Source of the DNA: an uncultured Methanoregulaceae archaeon
Lineage (GTDB): Archaea; Halobacteriota; Methanomicrobia; Methanomicrobiales; Methanospirillaceae
Length of the DNA: 64,000 nucleotides
Direction of reading: 5' to 3'
Assembly: GCA_963701095.1 (NCBI GenBank)
Contig: OY969564.1
Location: 192,001-256,000 of the forward strand
Shown: in pieces, positions 41,096-52,024 of the stretch
Layout of the letters: the number at the start of each line of letters is the position of its first letter
Numbering within the stretch: the stretch's first letter is position 1
Translations under genes and position numbers: made by a program
The notes under the pieces: model-generated
The model's input: only the letters and a program-made list of their open reading frames with translations
Database searches by the model: none
Told to the model about the DNA's origin: nothing

Positions 41096-42517
41096 TCATT
41101 CTCGCTGTTTTTTAAACCGGTACTGACCTTTTGGGACCATGATCTCGAACTGGGCACATTCTCCCGGGACTCCACGCTCCTTTATGGTCATCCCGGTTAT
41201 CCCAAGGATCTCCCGGACCAGGAATAGTCCAAGCCCGGTATTTTTTCCAAATCCATGATGGAAAATCATTTCTTTTTTATCCTGAGGAATCCCTACACCG
41301 TTGTCTTCGAAGGATACAACAAGTCCGTTTTCATCTTCCCTGGATAAGATGCGTATAGAACTCATACGTTCATCACCATACCGGAGGGAATTGTCGAGCA
41401 GGTTGTAAAACACCTTCTCTAAAAGAGGATCTGCAAACAATTCGAGATCCCGACGACCGGTATCGACCTGGATCCGGTTAACATCGAGCGCTGATACTGC
41501 TTTCTCGAAAATTTCTGCAACGTTCTGCCACTCCGGTCTTTTGACGCCCATATTCTGGTAATCCCTGGTAAAGATGATCTGGCGTTCCAGTATTCTGATG
41601 ATCTCCTCCTCTTTCCTGTAAAGATCGGCATGAGCAGGTTCTTTAACGTATACTTTTGAAAACTGGAAATAGGATCTCAGTGCCATTATCTGATTAAGAA
41701 CGTCGTGACGGGTAATTTCGCCAAGAAGGTTAAGCTTTTTGTTCGCTTCAAAAAGGGCCGTTTCTGCTTTTTTACGTTCGGTAATATCGTGCACGATTAA
41801 ACAGACAAGTTTACTTTTTCCATCGTTTTTGATTAGACTTGAGGTACATTCCACGTCGAGGAACGAGCTATCTTTACAACGTAATTTCTGCTCACCAAGC
41901 CGGTACTGGAGCATACACCCGGGTTCTGTAAACCGGGATTCGGTAATCAAAGGAGCGGAGGGCAAAAGATCGGCCAATTTCATTGTTTTAAAATCTTCAT
42001 CAGTATAACCTGACAGGTTTTTTACCGCCGGATTAGTTTCTATAATAAAGTTTGTATTGAGGTTAAATAAGATAATTCCTTCTATTGCCTGAGTTATAAC
42101 AGTGTGATATCGTTCTTCACTTTCCCGGAGCGCTTTATCCATGAAATGTTTATACAAAGTCACTTCTATGGATGTCCGCAGTTCCTGATTCTGGACTGGT
42201 TTGATGAGATAGGCATAAGGTTCCGTACTGATCGCTTCGCGCAGACGTTCTTCATCGGAAAATGCGGTGAGATAGATAATGGGGATGTCGTGTGTTTGTC
42301 GTATTTTAGCTGCAGCTTCTATACCGGTCATTTTTCCTGCGAGTTGGATGTCCATTAGGATAAGATCCGGAAAAATAGTGCATGCCTGGAAAACAGCATC
42401 CTCCCCAGTAGCGATGGGCGGATCAGTCGCATAGCCAAAACTGTTGAGCGTCTCCATGAGGTTCATTGCGATAAGAGCATCATCCTCAACAATAAGAATT
42501 TTTTTTACTTCCCTCAT
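41096..42517 (-). CDS. Hybrid REC-PAS-histidine kinase
   Basis: ILIVEDD/LMDI/KP receiver, PAS ending HDITERK, RHDVLNQ H-box, NLLDN, DNGVGI, GLGL. Confidence 0.92.
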   Translation of the reverse strand: MREVKKILIVEDDALIAMNLMETLNSFGYATDPPIATGEDAVFQACTIFPDLILMDIQLAGKMTGIEAAAKIRQTHDIPIIYLTAFSDEERLREAISTEPYAYLIKPVQNQELRTSIEVTLYKHFMDKALRESEERYHTVITQAIEGIILFNLNTNFIIETNPAVKNLSGYTDEDFKTMKLADLLPSAPLITESRFTEPGCMLQYRLGEQKLRCKDSSFLDVECTSSLIKNDGKSKLVCLIVHDITERKKAETALFEANKKLNLLGEITRHDVLNQIMALRSYFQFSKVYVKEPAHADLYRKEEEIIRILERQIIFTRDYQNMGVKRPEWQNVAEIFEKAVSALDVNRIQVDTGRRDLELFADPLLEKVFYNLLDNSLRYGDERMSSIRILSREDENGLVVSFEDNGVGIPQDKKEMIFHHGFGKNTGLGLFLVREILGITGMTIKERGVPGECAQFEIMVPKGQYRFKKQRE

Positions 42518-42759
42518 GCTGCGGTTCCTTCTCATACTAAAATAAGATTCAGATGAATACTCCCCTGTTTTATGTAAATATTAATTTTTGTATGGATCTC
42601 AAATTCAGCATTTCTATACCTTCAAATCAAAAATTGCGATGGATCAAAAAAGAAAATACAGCGGGATAGATTGAAAGTTGATCTCGTGGGGTAAGGTGAG
42701 AATTGTGTATGAGAAAAAGGTATCAGAAAATATGATCTCTAAAAAACAATATCCTTATT

Positions 42760-43194
42760 TCAAAGGGTTTTATCGAGGATAACCTGTTGAGATCCATCTG
42801 AGAATACAGCAATACCAAGCACACGATCTTTTCCATAATCCGGGGCTGAAAGAAGGGCATTAGCCCCTGGAGAAAGAACTCTACCATAAGACGGATGATC
42901 CTGTATCCCGGCAGTGGTCCTGGTCCCGCCGATCCACGTCGATGGAGCGAAACCGTTTACGGTCCAATTGATTCCGATAACTGAACCGGCCTGACTGCCT
43001 TCAAAAGTAACGCTTACAAACGATCCGTTTACCCGTTCAATAGTAGAGGTGGCAATCTTGCCTTTTTGCATGTTTGCGGTCATGCCCATGGCAAAAATTA
43101 TGACGACAACAGCAAGGAGTACGGTAATTCCCACTAACAGAATTGTACTCACTATTTCAGATATCGCGTTTTCCTTTTTTATGCCCCCAGCCAC
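42760..43194 (-). CDS. Archaeal type IV pilin (DUF1628-like N-terminus)
   Basis: KKENA|ISEIVSTILLVGITVLLA class III signal; DGSQQVILD C-terminus. Confidence 0.85.
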   Translation of the reverse strand: MAGGIKKENAISEIVSTILLVGITVLLAVVVIIFAMGMTANMQKGKIATSTIERVNGSFVSVTFEGSQAGSVIGINWTVNGFAPSTWIGGTRTTAGIQDHPSYGRVLSPGANALLSAPDYGKDRVLGIAVFSDGSQQVILDKTL

Positions 43195-43540
43195 ACTTAT
43201 CACACACCGAATTACACTTTCTCACACGCGCAGGTTATATGATATATTATTACCCGGAAGGGTTGATAAGCGTTTTTTCAGAACTAGCGGTCTTTTTTAA
43301 TTGATCGAGCCCTCTGCTTTGCTTGAAACTTTTTTCCGATATTCTCCTGTATTGTGGATCATTCATCTAACCTATCTCTTATGTAGTGGTGCGATTATCT
43401 GTATACTGAAGAACGATGTTTTGGAACAATCCCTTAATGGGATATCGGACATCTTATACCGTATGACTAAGATTGAATATTTTCAGTTTGAAGAATTGAT
43501 CACAACATCCCCGAAGATCACGTTCTAGAGGAAAACGACC

Positions 43541-45379
43541 ATGAGCGAAACAAAACAGATTACTGTCCTTGTCATAGTCACGCTTATTATTGGTATAATT
43601 AGCCTGATAGCGATACTCACAATACCTGCCCTGCTCCAGGGAGATCTCATTGCAAGTTCGTACAATGCAGTGCTTTATTCAAACGGAACACTCCACGAAA
43701 CATATACATATGTTGTTGGGACTTCCGGCGAATACCGGATGCTCTACCGGAGCTGGACGGCGCCCCTGACATTCACGGCTGCTAACCAATCGTCTATCGA
43801 GCTTGATAAAATCGAAGCGCCGGCCGGAACAATTGGGTATGCCAAAGATTATGCAGGCAATGTCTTCATCGCGACTCCCGGTCTTGGTTCTTCAGTATCC
43901 GATCAGGTAGGGTATCTCGCAGATAATGATGAAGTCGGGATCTATAACCCGGAATATTTTACGGCGGGAACATACACCGTCGGATATACCTATACGATCT
44001 ATCCCCCAATCGAATATGATTCAGTGAATGATCACTTAAACCTCCTTCTCGCAGGTAACAGCCATATTCCGTATCAGTCAGTCCAGATTTCAATCCCTGC
44101 TACGAATGTCACGCAGGTCTATGCATATCCCCCCAGTCTTGCTACGGAAAAGACACGGGACACGTATACGTTCACCGGTAGTGCTTCAGCTGATGAAAAT
44201 GTCGCTGTAGAGATTCTTACGACACCCGGGGGACTTTCGCAGATTCCTGGATACAGGAGTAACGTTCAGGGTCTTGCCGGCAGTACATCTTCCGGGAGCT
44301 TCTGGTACGACCTCCCCTACTATTTCGCATGGTTCTTTGAATACCTGGGAATGGCAGCAGTGATTCTTACACCGTTCATCCTTCTTGTCATCTACCTGCA
44401 GTACGGGCGGGAAAAGCCATTTATTGTCCCGGCTTACCTCAGCACTGTCCCGAACCCGTCAATGAAAGCCTGGCAGGTCAACCTTCTCTTCAAAGGAGAT
44501 GCAATGGAATTCGATAAGGACGGTTTTTATGCCACACTTCTCGATATGCACCGGAAAAAAATTATCGAAATTTCTGAAAAAGGAGAAGGAAAAAATATAG
44601 AGATCCGGAAACTTTCGGCTACAACGACTGATCCGTATGAACTGCGGGTACTCTCCTTTATCGATCAGGTATCCGAAAACGGTGTTCTTGACACCGCAAA
44701 GATTATCGAATTAACGGCACATGCGAGGCTCGGATACGATGCTGAAGCGAAGGCTTTACGATTCCAGCGGCTGATCTCTGATGTCACTTCCAGAGCGGAT
44801 GCTTCCCTTCCTTTCAAATATGTTGTGGATGGCAGGGATAATATCCTCCCGCTGCTTTTTACTGGCATTGTTTTTTTTGGCGTAACATTTATGTTCGCGC
44901 TGGTGTTACCCATGCAGTCTTCCATCCTGTATCCGGCAGTTGTTCTTTGGGGAATTGTCTCAATCCAGGCATTTCTTGCGTTTTCGACGCCACCTGCCCT
45001 TTTCGGTCACTGGACCGGTGATCATTACCAAGAGAAACTCGAATGGGATTCATTTACCCATTTCCTTTCAGATATGGCAATGATACAAAAATATTCGCCA
45101 TCGGATCTTTCTATGTGGGGAGAATGGCTGGTATACGGTACTGCTCTTGGCGTTGGTGAAAAGGTTGAAGCAGCAATGAAATCGCTCAATATCCGGATTG
45201 CAGACACTGGAATCCCTGTCGGTGCCATAGGCATAAGCTATGCATTTATTCCAATTCTCATGTTCACTCCAATGCCACGGGGCGGAGGAATTGGCGGCGG
45301 ATACGGCAGAGGTGGCTTTGGTGGGGGTGGCTTCGGCGGCGGCGGAGGTTTTGGTGGCGGGGGTGCTCACGGGCGATAA
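43541..45379 (+). CDS. DUF2207 family membrane protein
   Basis: Extracellular N-domain, ATLLDM, W..F..FL, W.EWLVYGTALGV, Gly-rich tail. Confidence 0.88.
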   Translation: MSETKQITVLVIVTLIIGIISLIAILTIPALLQGDLIASSYNAVLYSNGTLHETYTYVVGTSGEYRMLYRSWTAPLTFTAANQSSIELDKIEAPAGTIGYAKDYAGNVFIATPGLGSSVSDQVGYLADNDEVGIYNPEYFTAGTYTVGYTYTIYPPIEYDSVNDHLNLLLAGNSHIPYQSVQISIPATNVTQVYAYPPSLATEKTRDTYTFTGSASADENVAVEILTTPGGLSQIPGYRSNVQGLAGSTSSGSFWYDLPYYFAWFFEYLGMAAVILTPFILLVIYLQYGREKPFIVPAYLSTVPNPSMKAWQVNLLFKGDAMEFDKDGFYATLLDMHRKKIIEISEKGEGKNIEIRKLSATTTDPYELRVLSFIDQVSENGVLDTAKIIELTAHARLGYDAEAKALRFQRLISDVTSRADASLPFKYVVDGRDNILPLLFTGIVFFGVTFMFALVLPMQSSILYPAVVLWGIVSIQAFLAFSTPPALFGHWTGDHYQEKLEWDSFTHFLSDMAMIQKYSPSDLSMWGEWLVYGTALGVGEKVEAAMKSLNIRIADTGIPVGAIGISYAFIPILMFTPMPRGGGIGGGYGRGGFGGGGFGGGGGFGGGGAHGR

Positions 45380-45475
45380 TTTTCCGGATAAATGATACCG
45401 GGTGTCTGGGGAACACCACCCCTTTCTCTATTCATTCTCCTAAGATTTTTCTTTGCGTAGTTCTCAGGAGAGTCT

Positions 45476-46129
45476 ATGAAGGTTGCCATATTCCAGCATA
45501 CAAAATCAGAAACGGCCGGTTATTTTGAAACAATTTTAACGGAACGTAAAATACCGTACGAGTATGTAAGGCTCTATGAAACCGGAAACGTTCAGGTACA
45601 CAACGCGACTCACTTTTTGTTTATGGGCGGACCGATGAGTGTGAACGATGAAAAGGATCTGCCGTCCCTCAAGGAAGAGAAAGCACTGATCCGGGGTGCT
45701 GTGGGACATAACCGGCCGGTACTTGGTATCTGTCTGGGTGCCCAGCTGATAGCGTCGGCATTTGGTGCCCGGGTCTACCCGTTCCGGCAGGAGACCGGCT
45801 GGTGCAGGCTCAAATGCGAACCAGATATGACCGGTTTTATTGCCGGGTTTCCGGAAACGTTTATGGTATTCCAGCTTCATGGTGAAACATTTGATCTACC
45901 GTCCGGTGCAACCCTGCTCTGTATCGGGGATATCGTAAAGAACCAGGGATTCATCTACAAAACGGCGATTGGTCTCCAGTTCCATCTCGAACTGGACGAA
46001 ACGATGATAAAGGAATGGGCCGGTGAACTGGATCTGGAAACAAGAGAGAGGATCATCAAAGAAACTCCTGGCTTTCTTTATGAAAGTAACAGGCTCTGCC
46101 GCATGATAGCCGGGGCCTTTCTTGGATAG
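45476..46129 (+). CDS. Type 1 glutamine amidotransferase
   Basis: GGPMSV, GICLGAQ, QFHLE triad. Confidence 0.9.
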   Translation: MKVAIFQHTKSETAGYFETILTERKIPYEYVRLYETGNVQVHNATHFLFMGGPMSVNDEKDLPSLKEEKALIRGAVGHNRPVLGICLGAQLIASAFGARVYPFRQETGWCRLKCEPDMTGFIAGFPETFMVFQLHGETFDLPSGATLLCIGDIVKNQGFIYKTAIGLQFHLELDETMIKEWAGELDLETRERIIKETPGFLYESNRLCRMIAGAFLG

Positions 46130-46149
46130 ATGAAAAACAGGTCTTCCTA

Positions 46150-47259
46150 TTATGAGAAGAATTTTCGTGCCGGATCCAGCTGGATCTTATGGGGTAACCG
46201 CGCGAGAGCAACCGCGCCAAGGGCCCCGATGACACCATTTCCTCCGGACAGGATCGTTCCGCATTGTTGTGCGATCTTCTCTGCTGCATCCCGGTCAACC
46301 ACCTCTTCCCGAACCCTCCTGCCATACTCACGAAGACTTTGTGGAATTGTCATCCCGGTTAGAAATGCAAGGCCCCATTCCGGGGAGAGTGCCTCGTTTT
46401 CAACAAACTCGCGGCTTTTTGCTATCACCCGTTCGATTCGTGACGGGTGAACCGCTACTTCAATATAACTTGCAGAGTTACCGGCGGTCTTATTTGTTAT
46501 TTTGTCGTTGAGCATCACGATATGGTGGCTGATCGGGAGCACGGATCTTCCCGCCGAAATCTGTGTCAGGAGCGCAAGAGCAAGCGCAAATGTTGCTCCT
46601 CCATCTTTTGAATCCGTATCATCGACTCCAATCGTCAGGTGGGTGAGCGCCTGGGTCCAGACGTTACCCTCGACAATCCCACCGGTCCGACTGAGTTCAA
46701 CCCGGACCACACCTTCTGCCCGAGACATCATATCCGTAAGTGAATACGCCGGGCCGCCAATGCAACGGATCCGCTGCACGATATGATCTTCGGTGTATCT
46801 GATACCGGAAATACCTACTGCGGAATACGGAGGGAGCCCGATGGAAACCGGATTATCCCCAATTTTTGCACATTCCCGCAGGAGAGTACCATCTCTCTTG
46901 ACTGCCGTCACCACACCGCCGGCACGGGCATGGTGATACCCGCAGAAGGACGCACATGCCCCGCTCATACAGTCATGGAAGATCTCAACCTTTTCACTAT
47001 CCGTTGTTGTAAAAATCCTCCGGCAGGTACTTTGAGGGATTGCAGAGATGGCAGCATATCGGGCGGCTGCTCTTCCCGCTTTCTCTTTTTTTACGAGAAC
47101 GCATCCTTCCCGGACAAGTCGCATGACCCAGTCCTGGGCTGTACTTCTCGGAATACCGGCTGCTTTCTGTATGTCGGTCACCGTAAAAAACCCTGCGTCC
47201 AGAGTAAACTGGCGCATAAGGCGCAGGTATTCCCGCCGGTGTTCAAGCACGCTTGCCAT
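46150..47259 (-). CDS. HTH protein fused to a TiaS/methanogenesis-marker-11-like domain
   Basis: N-terminal HTH (DIQKAAGIPRSTAQDWV); IGVDDTDSKDGGAT, KTAGN, GVIGALGA. Confidence 0.75.
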   Translation of the reverse strand: MASVLEHRREYLRLMRQFTLDAGFFTVTDIQKAAGIPRSTAQDWVMRLVREGCVLVKKEKAGRAAARYAAISAIPQSTCRRIFTTTDSEKVEIFHDCMSGACASFCGYHHARAGGVVTAVKRDGTLLRECAKIGDNPVSIGLPPYSAVGISGIRYTEDHIVQRIRCIGGPAYSLTDMMSRAEGVVRVELSRTGGIVEGNVWTQALTHLTIGVDDTDSKDGGATFALALALLTQISAGRSVLPISHHIVMLNDKITNKTAGNSASYIEVAVHPSRIERVIAKSREFVENEALSPEWGLAFLTGMTIPQSLREYGRRVREEVVDRDAAEKIAQQCGTILSGGNGVIGALGAVALARLPHKIQLDPARKFFS

Positions 47260-48229
47260 AATGGTTACAGATATACAGGATATCCCCTAAAATTGCACTT
47301 GCAGTTTCGATGGATCCAGCACCTTTTCCAATAAGTGTTATCTCTTTTGCCATATCGGTTTCAAGAGTAAGAGCGTTTAACGTTCCTTCTAGGACCAGCG
47401 GGTGGCCTTTCTCGATGAGACGGGGGGAAACCCTCAGTATCTTTTTTCTGGGGATTGCCTCGGCAATTAACCTGATAGTACTGTCCCCTTCTTCAGCAAG
47501 GCGCAATGCATCCGGGGTAAGCAGATCGATCCCCGTCATATCGACATCGGATAGTTTGATCCCGTTTCCCCAGATGGTGTTTACCAGGATAACCAGTTTT
47601 ATAGCCGCATCTATGCCCTTGACATCGTAGGTAGGATCGGCTTCGGCATATCCCAGCTCCCGTGCTTCCATAAGTGCCTGTTCATACGTGAGCCCCTCGG
47701 CGGCCATACGGGTTATGATATAATTGCAGGTACCATTGAGGACACCGTAAATGGCAAGAATTTCGTTGCCGGAAAGCCCGTCTTCGATTGTGTGCATAAT
47801 GGGAATTGCCCCGCCGACGGTGGCTTCGTACCGGAATGCAACACCGTTCTTTTTTGCAAGGGCAGACAACTCGTGATACGCAAGGGCAATCGGGCCTTTG
47901 TTTGAGGTGACAACATGTTTTTTTCTTTCAAGGGCAGCCCGAATATAATCAAGAGCGGGTTCTCCGGTAAGTGCGTTGGTGGGAGTTACTTCAATAAGTA
48001 CATCATATTCAGCTTTTTTTATCACATCGGTCGCTGAAATCCCCACTTCACCGCAGATCCCATTGACACGTTTGTTTTCAAGTACAGCTGCAATATCGAT
48101 GCCGCCGTTGCTGATTAATCCGCTCTTTGAATCTGCGATGCCCGTAATGGTAATCCCGGGATTCTTCTTATGTATCATTTCTGCGACACCGCGTCCCACG
48201 GAGCCAAGACCTATCAGCGCCACCTTCAT
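47243..48229 (-). CDS. hom: Homoserine dehydrogenase
   Basis: GLGSVG, TSNKGP, EATVGGAIP, NGTCNY, GYAEADPTYDVKG. Confidence 0.95.
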   Translation of the reverse strand: MKVALIGLGSVGRGVAEMIHKKNPGITITGIADSKSGLISNGGIDIAAVLENKRVNGICGEVGISATDVIKKAEYDVLIEVTPTNALTGEPALDYIRAALERKKHVVTSNKGPIALAYHELSALAKKNGVAFRYEATVGGAIPIMHTIEDGLSGNEILAIYGVLNGTCNYIITRMAAEGLTYEQALMEARELGYAEADPTYDVKGIDAAIKLVILVNTIWGNGIKLSDVDMTGIDLLTPDALRLAEEGDSTIRLIAEAIPRKKILRVSPRLIEKGHPLVLEGTLNALTLETDMAKEITLIGKGAGSIETASAILGDILYICNHYGKRA

Positions 48230-48729
48230 GCGATTTCCTCCAGTGGCTCGATTAAGAGAAGTGATTTCTGTTCTGCAACACAGCGCAGAATGGTAATAGC
48301 TGCATCCATATCTGCCCTGTTTGTCGCTTTGATCGTTACCCTGGATGTCGAGCGTTCATTAATTGCCGGCATACTCATGGAGATTTCGCAGACCTCGGCA
48401 AAACCAGTGGAATCGATCCGGTCAACGGTGTCGGACAGATCGGTGTGCATAAGGTGACCGATTAAAATGACCGTCCGCTTGTAAAGAAGACGTTCTTTCC
48501 CTATCCTCTGGATATGGACGCCCTGCTCTTTTAAGAGGGTAACGAGATTATCCAGCCGTCCTTCAGGAAGCGAAAGAACGATCTGGACATTTAAGGTATG
48601 GTGAACGGATTCAGGATCCCGCTGGTGGATAACGGCAATAATATTCCCTCCCACGTCCGAGATTGGTTTAAGGGCTGCAACCAGCTGTCCGGGTGAATCC
48701 TTCATCTCAAGCTTCATCGAAACCTGCAC
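48226..48729 (-). CDS. ACT-domain amino-acid-binding protein
   Basis: LEMKDSPGQL..GGNI; overlaps hom start; start 48729 or 48717. Confidence 0.85.
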   Translation of the reverse strand: MQVSMKLEMKDSPGQLVAALKPISDVGGNIIAVIHQRDPESVHHTLNVQIVLSLPEGRLDNLVTLLKEQGVHIQRIGKERLLYKRTVILIGHLMHTDLSDTVDRIDSTGFAEVCEISMSMPAINERSTSRVTIKATNRADMDAAITILRCVAEQKSLLLIEPLEEIA

Positions 48730-48869
48730 ACATACCACCTTAGTAACAAGAATAGAGCCTCGTAGCAAGAAAAGCTTGTGGATTTCAATTCTTTTAAAAA
48801 ACAGGAAGATCTACATTCTAAACATTGCCGAGAAATTTTCCTTATTTGCAAAAAACAGGATCGGGGTGT

Positions 48870-49553
48870 TTATCCCCAGCCTACCAATTCACTCGTTGAC
48901 GAACTGCTCGATGAACTTGTCGCTATCTTCACCGGTACTGGAACTCCCGGAGCTGACCAATAGGTGACACTTGTTCCACTTACTGTATTGGTATACTTAC
49001 TGGCAATGGGGTATGTTCCTGCCGGCACGGTTACCGGCTCGATGCCCTCAAACGTAAGTGTTCCCGTGTGGAAATTAGTTGCCTGCGCTTGAGATAGATA
49101 TTCTGCGGGGATGCTTGTGGTCATTGTCTTACCATTGTAGGTCATGGTCATCGTGCCTCCCAGCAGATTATCCATAGCTGTGTCCCAATAATAATCAAAA
49201 ACGCCGTTGAATCCACTGTTTGAGGATGAAGTCACAGTCATCTTTACATGAACGGCCTGGGAACCCTGGTAATCTGCGGTCGATCGCTCATATTTCATAT
49301 CCAATGTCGATTGCTTTCCGTTAGAATTAGCCGAAGTCTGGTATTCCATCCAGTTGTAGCTCGTACTAAAGATCGACGAGGCGCTACTTGTTGACCCTAC
49401 TTGGGGAGTCGACGACGAAGCAGCACCGGCTGATGCTGCCCCACTCGTCGGGGCAGCATTTGATGATGACGGACTTGTGCTGGTACAGCCTGTTACGGCG
49501 ACGGCAATCACGACAAACATGATTACTATAACACTCAAATAATTAAACTTCAT
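48870..49553 (-). CDS. Ser/Thr-rich putative lipoprotein
   Basis: VAVTGC lipobox-like motif, S/T/A linker, EPVTVPAGTY motif. Confidence 0.75.
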   Translation of the reverse strand: MKFNYLSVIVIMFVVIAVAVTGCTSTSPSSSNAAPTSGAASAGAASSSTPQVGSTSSASSIFSTSYNWMEYQTSANSNGKQSTLDMKYERSTADYQGSQAVHVKMTVTSSSNSGFNGVFDYYWDTAMDNLLGGTMTMTYNGKTMTTSIPAEYLSQAQATNFHTGTLTFEGIEPVTVPAGTYPIASKYTNTVSGTSVTYWSAPGVPVPVKIATSSSSSSSTSELVGWG

Positions 49554-49815
49554 GTGTAACTCTCCATGGTAAGAAACATCCCCGCTATCCCTATAGTACG
49601 GAATCGGAGGGGGAGTTAGTGAATTAGTTTCTTTAGTGTTCTATTAAATTGTATCGAAATTTTCCTATAAAAGATGGGTTATAATGAAGTGAAACTTAAA
49701 GCTACACAATGTTTTGAAGTAAAAAATTGGTTCTTAAGATTAAAACGAGGATAATACTATTAATTCATTTTCTATAGTAAGTGAATACAGCGGACAAATG
49801 CCTGTTTAGGCTTGT

Positions 49816-50628
49816 CTAGAGCCTCCGGAGCTTGTTCGTCACTTTTTCAAAGAAATTGCGGTGTGCATCGACAAAGAGTGCCGGATGGATTGCTTTTTGT
49901 ACGACAAGAGATGCCGAGCTTCCCAGTTCTACGGTTTTCTGTCCATCGATAACCAGATTTGCCGGCTTCGAGCAATCCAACCGTATCTCAAGCTGACGGT
50001 CGCTGCTTATCAAATGAGGGCGGGAAGAGAGCAGGTAAGGAGCAAGCGGGACAAGGAGAAAACCCTGTATCCGGGGGTCTACAATCGGGCCGCCGGCACT
50101 CATCGCATATGCGGTTGATCCGGTTGGTGTACTGATAAGAAGACCGTCTGAGCGGAATTGTTCTGAGAGTACGCCATCAATCATGATTGAGAATCGTAGC
50201 ATTTTTGCAGGGCGGGTGGTGACAATAAGTGCTTCGTTTAACGCATCGCCTAGGGATGTGTCGTCCTGAAGCAGAGTTAGTCGCATGCGTTCTTCAACGG
50301 CAAATCCTGATGCAAGCGATTTTATAAAATTACTGACTTCTCCGGGCTCAAGATCTGCGAGGAAACCTACCTCTCCGTGGTTTATACCAATGACGGGTAT
50401 CTGATGAGGTAACTGTTGTACCGTTCGGAGGATTGTGCCATCCCCTCCTATAACAATCACGATGTCTCCTATTGCCTGGCTGCAGGGAAGCCCAGAGCTG
50501 CCAAGACAGGACGCAGTGTCTGCCTCAAGAAGGACAGTGTGCCCTTCATGTTCAAGTGCAGTTTTTATTTTCCGGGTGCACTCAAGTGATTCCGGGAGAT
50601 CAATACGAGAGACAAGGAAGCACTTCAT
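49816..50628 (-). CDS. nadK: NAD kinase
   Basis: [29 protein letters not shown]. Confidence 0.95.
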   Translation of the reverse strand: MKCFLVSRIDLPESLECTRKIKTALEHEGHTVLLEADTASCLGSSGLPCSQAIGDIVIVIGGDGTILRTVQQLPHQIPVIGINHGEVGFLADLEPGEVSNFIKSLASGFAVEERMRLTLLQDDTSLGDALNEALIVTTRPAKMLRFSIMIDGVLSEQFRSDGLLISTPTGSTAYAMSAGGPIVDPRIQGFLLVPLAPYLLSSRPHLISSDRQLEIRLDCSKPANLVIDGQKTVELGSSASLVVQKAIHPALFVDAHRNFFEKVTNKLRRL

Positions 50629-50634
50629 GGAATA

Positions 50635-51411
50635 TCACCTCAGGTACTCAATCACTTTGTGGTGGAGTACGCCGTTTGTGGCAATAATGCATCTTCCCAC
50701 CGTTACTTCTTCAGGAAAGATGAGGCTGTCTCCGTTTAAATCTGTCACCGATCCGCCGGCTTCTGTACAGATGAGCATGCCTGCTGCAGCATCAGTAACC
50801 CGGAGGGTTCCGCGGAGATCGACAAAACCGTCAATTCTCCCAGCCCCAACATAGCAGAGTTCAAGCGCGGAAGCGCCAAGAAGCCGCCATCTCCGGATTT
50901 TGTGACCGAGCTGCATCATTCGGGTCGGATCAAATTTCCGGCCATAGATACTCATTGCACATTTATCAAGGCGGACGGTTTGGGAAACGTGGATAGGTTT
51001 CTTGTTGCATCGGGCTGATTTTCCCAGGAGCGCCGTAAATGTTTCTCCAGATGCAAGGTCCCGGACAAATGCCTTCTGGACAACTCCGTTCATTGCCCAT
51101 GCTAACGACAGTGCATAAAAAGGAATGCCGTTGACAGCATTGTATGTCCCATCTACCGGATCGAGGAAAATGGTCCCTTTTCCACCGTCAATCGATACTC
51201 TGCCGGCTTCCTCGCTGACAAGCACTGAACACAGCTCATGTTCCCGGATATAGTTGATTACGTATTCTTCCGCAATCTGATCAATTTTCTCTGTCGGCGT
51301 ATGATCGGCGCCCATGCGTATGACCTCTCCGCCGGCTGGCGAACCTACGAAAGGCTTAATATTCTCTTGAACGAGGTCGGCCATCTCATTGCAGGCAGAA
51401 AGAAAATTCAT
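50635..51411 (-). CDS. Bifunctional FBPase/inositol monophosphatase
   Basis: SEE, DPVDGT, R.LGASAL, DAAAG. Confidence 0.9.
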   Translation of the reverse strand: MNFLSACNEMADLVQENIKPFVGSPAGGEVIRMGADHTPTEKIDQIAEEYVINYIREHELCSVLVSEEAGRVSIDGGKGTIFLDPVDGTYNAVNGIPFYALSLAWAMNGVVQKAFVRDLASGETFTALLGKSARCNKKPIHVSQTVRLDKCAMSIYGRKFDPTRMMQLGHKIRRWRLLGASALELCYVGAGRIDGFVDLRGTLRVTDAAAGMLICTEAGGSVTDLNGDSLIFPEEVTVGRCIIATNGVLHHKVIEYLR

Positions 51412-51515
51412 CAAATCAAAACCTCTAATGCGGTAACCGTTGTATTTATGTACGGCAATAAAGATAAATTACTTCTGCGTTTAAGATATGGATACGTTTT
51501 AGGTTGTGAAACATA

Positions 51516-51893
51516 ATGAAAGAACAAACAGAAATCGGAAAAATAAAAGAAGGACGGTATATAGTCGTGGATGATGAGCCATGCAAGGTAGTCGGTCTGG
51601 CCACATCAAAGCCCGGAAAACATGGGGCAGCCAAAGCGCGTATAGATGCGGTTGGCATATTCGATGGAGTCAAGCGGTCTATCGTTCAGCCGGTGTCCGC
51701 GAAGACCTATGTTCCCATTGTCGAGCGTAAAAGCGGGCAGGTTATTTCCATAGCTGGCGATATGGCGCAACTTATGGATATGAAGGACTATTCTAATTTT
51801 GAAATTGCCATTCCGGAAGATAAGAAAGGTCAGATCGAAGTCGGCAAAGAGATAATGTATATCGAGTCCATGGGGAAGCGGAAACTCGACTGA
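51516..51893 (+). CDS. eif5a: Translation factor aIF5A
   Basis: SKPGKHGAAK modification loop. Confidence 0.95.
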   Translation: MKEQTEIGKIKEGRYIVVDDEPCKVVGLATSKPGKHGAAKARIDAVGIFDGVKRSIVQPVSAKTYVPIVERKSGQVISIAGDMAQLMDMKDYSNFEIAIPEDKKGQIEVGKEIMYIESMGKRKLD

Positions 51894-52024
51894 TTGTCCG
51901 AAAGCTGAATAATATTTTTTTTATCAACTGATAGTTTCAGGCTGATTTTCAGAAATGTTATCTATTCGTTAAAATCTAAGATTTTCAAATTGTATTTTAA
52001 TGCGATGTTATCCTATTGATCGCG

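Noticed and set aside
43301..43528. 75-aa ORF, or a lemA partner of DUF2207
   Set aside because: TTG start, no LemA motifs, AT-rich promoter-like sequence.
45280..45375. GGC/GGT repeat tract
   Set aside because: It encodes the usual Gly-rich DUF2207 tail.
49816..51411. Frameshift-split IMPase-NAD kinase fusion
   Set aside because: Clean stop, GAGGTGA RBS and a separate ATG indicate two genuine genes.
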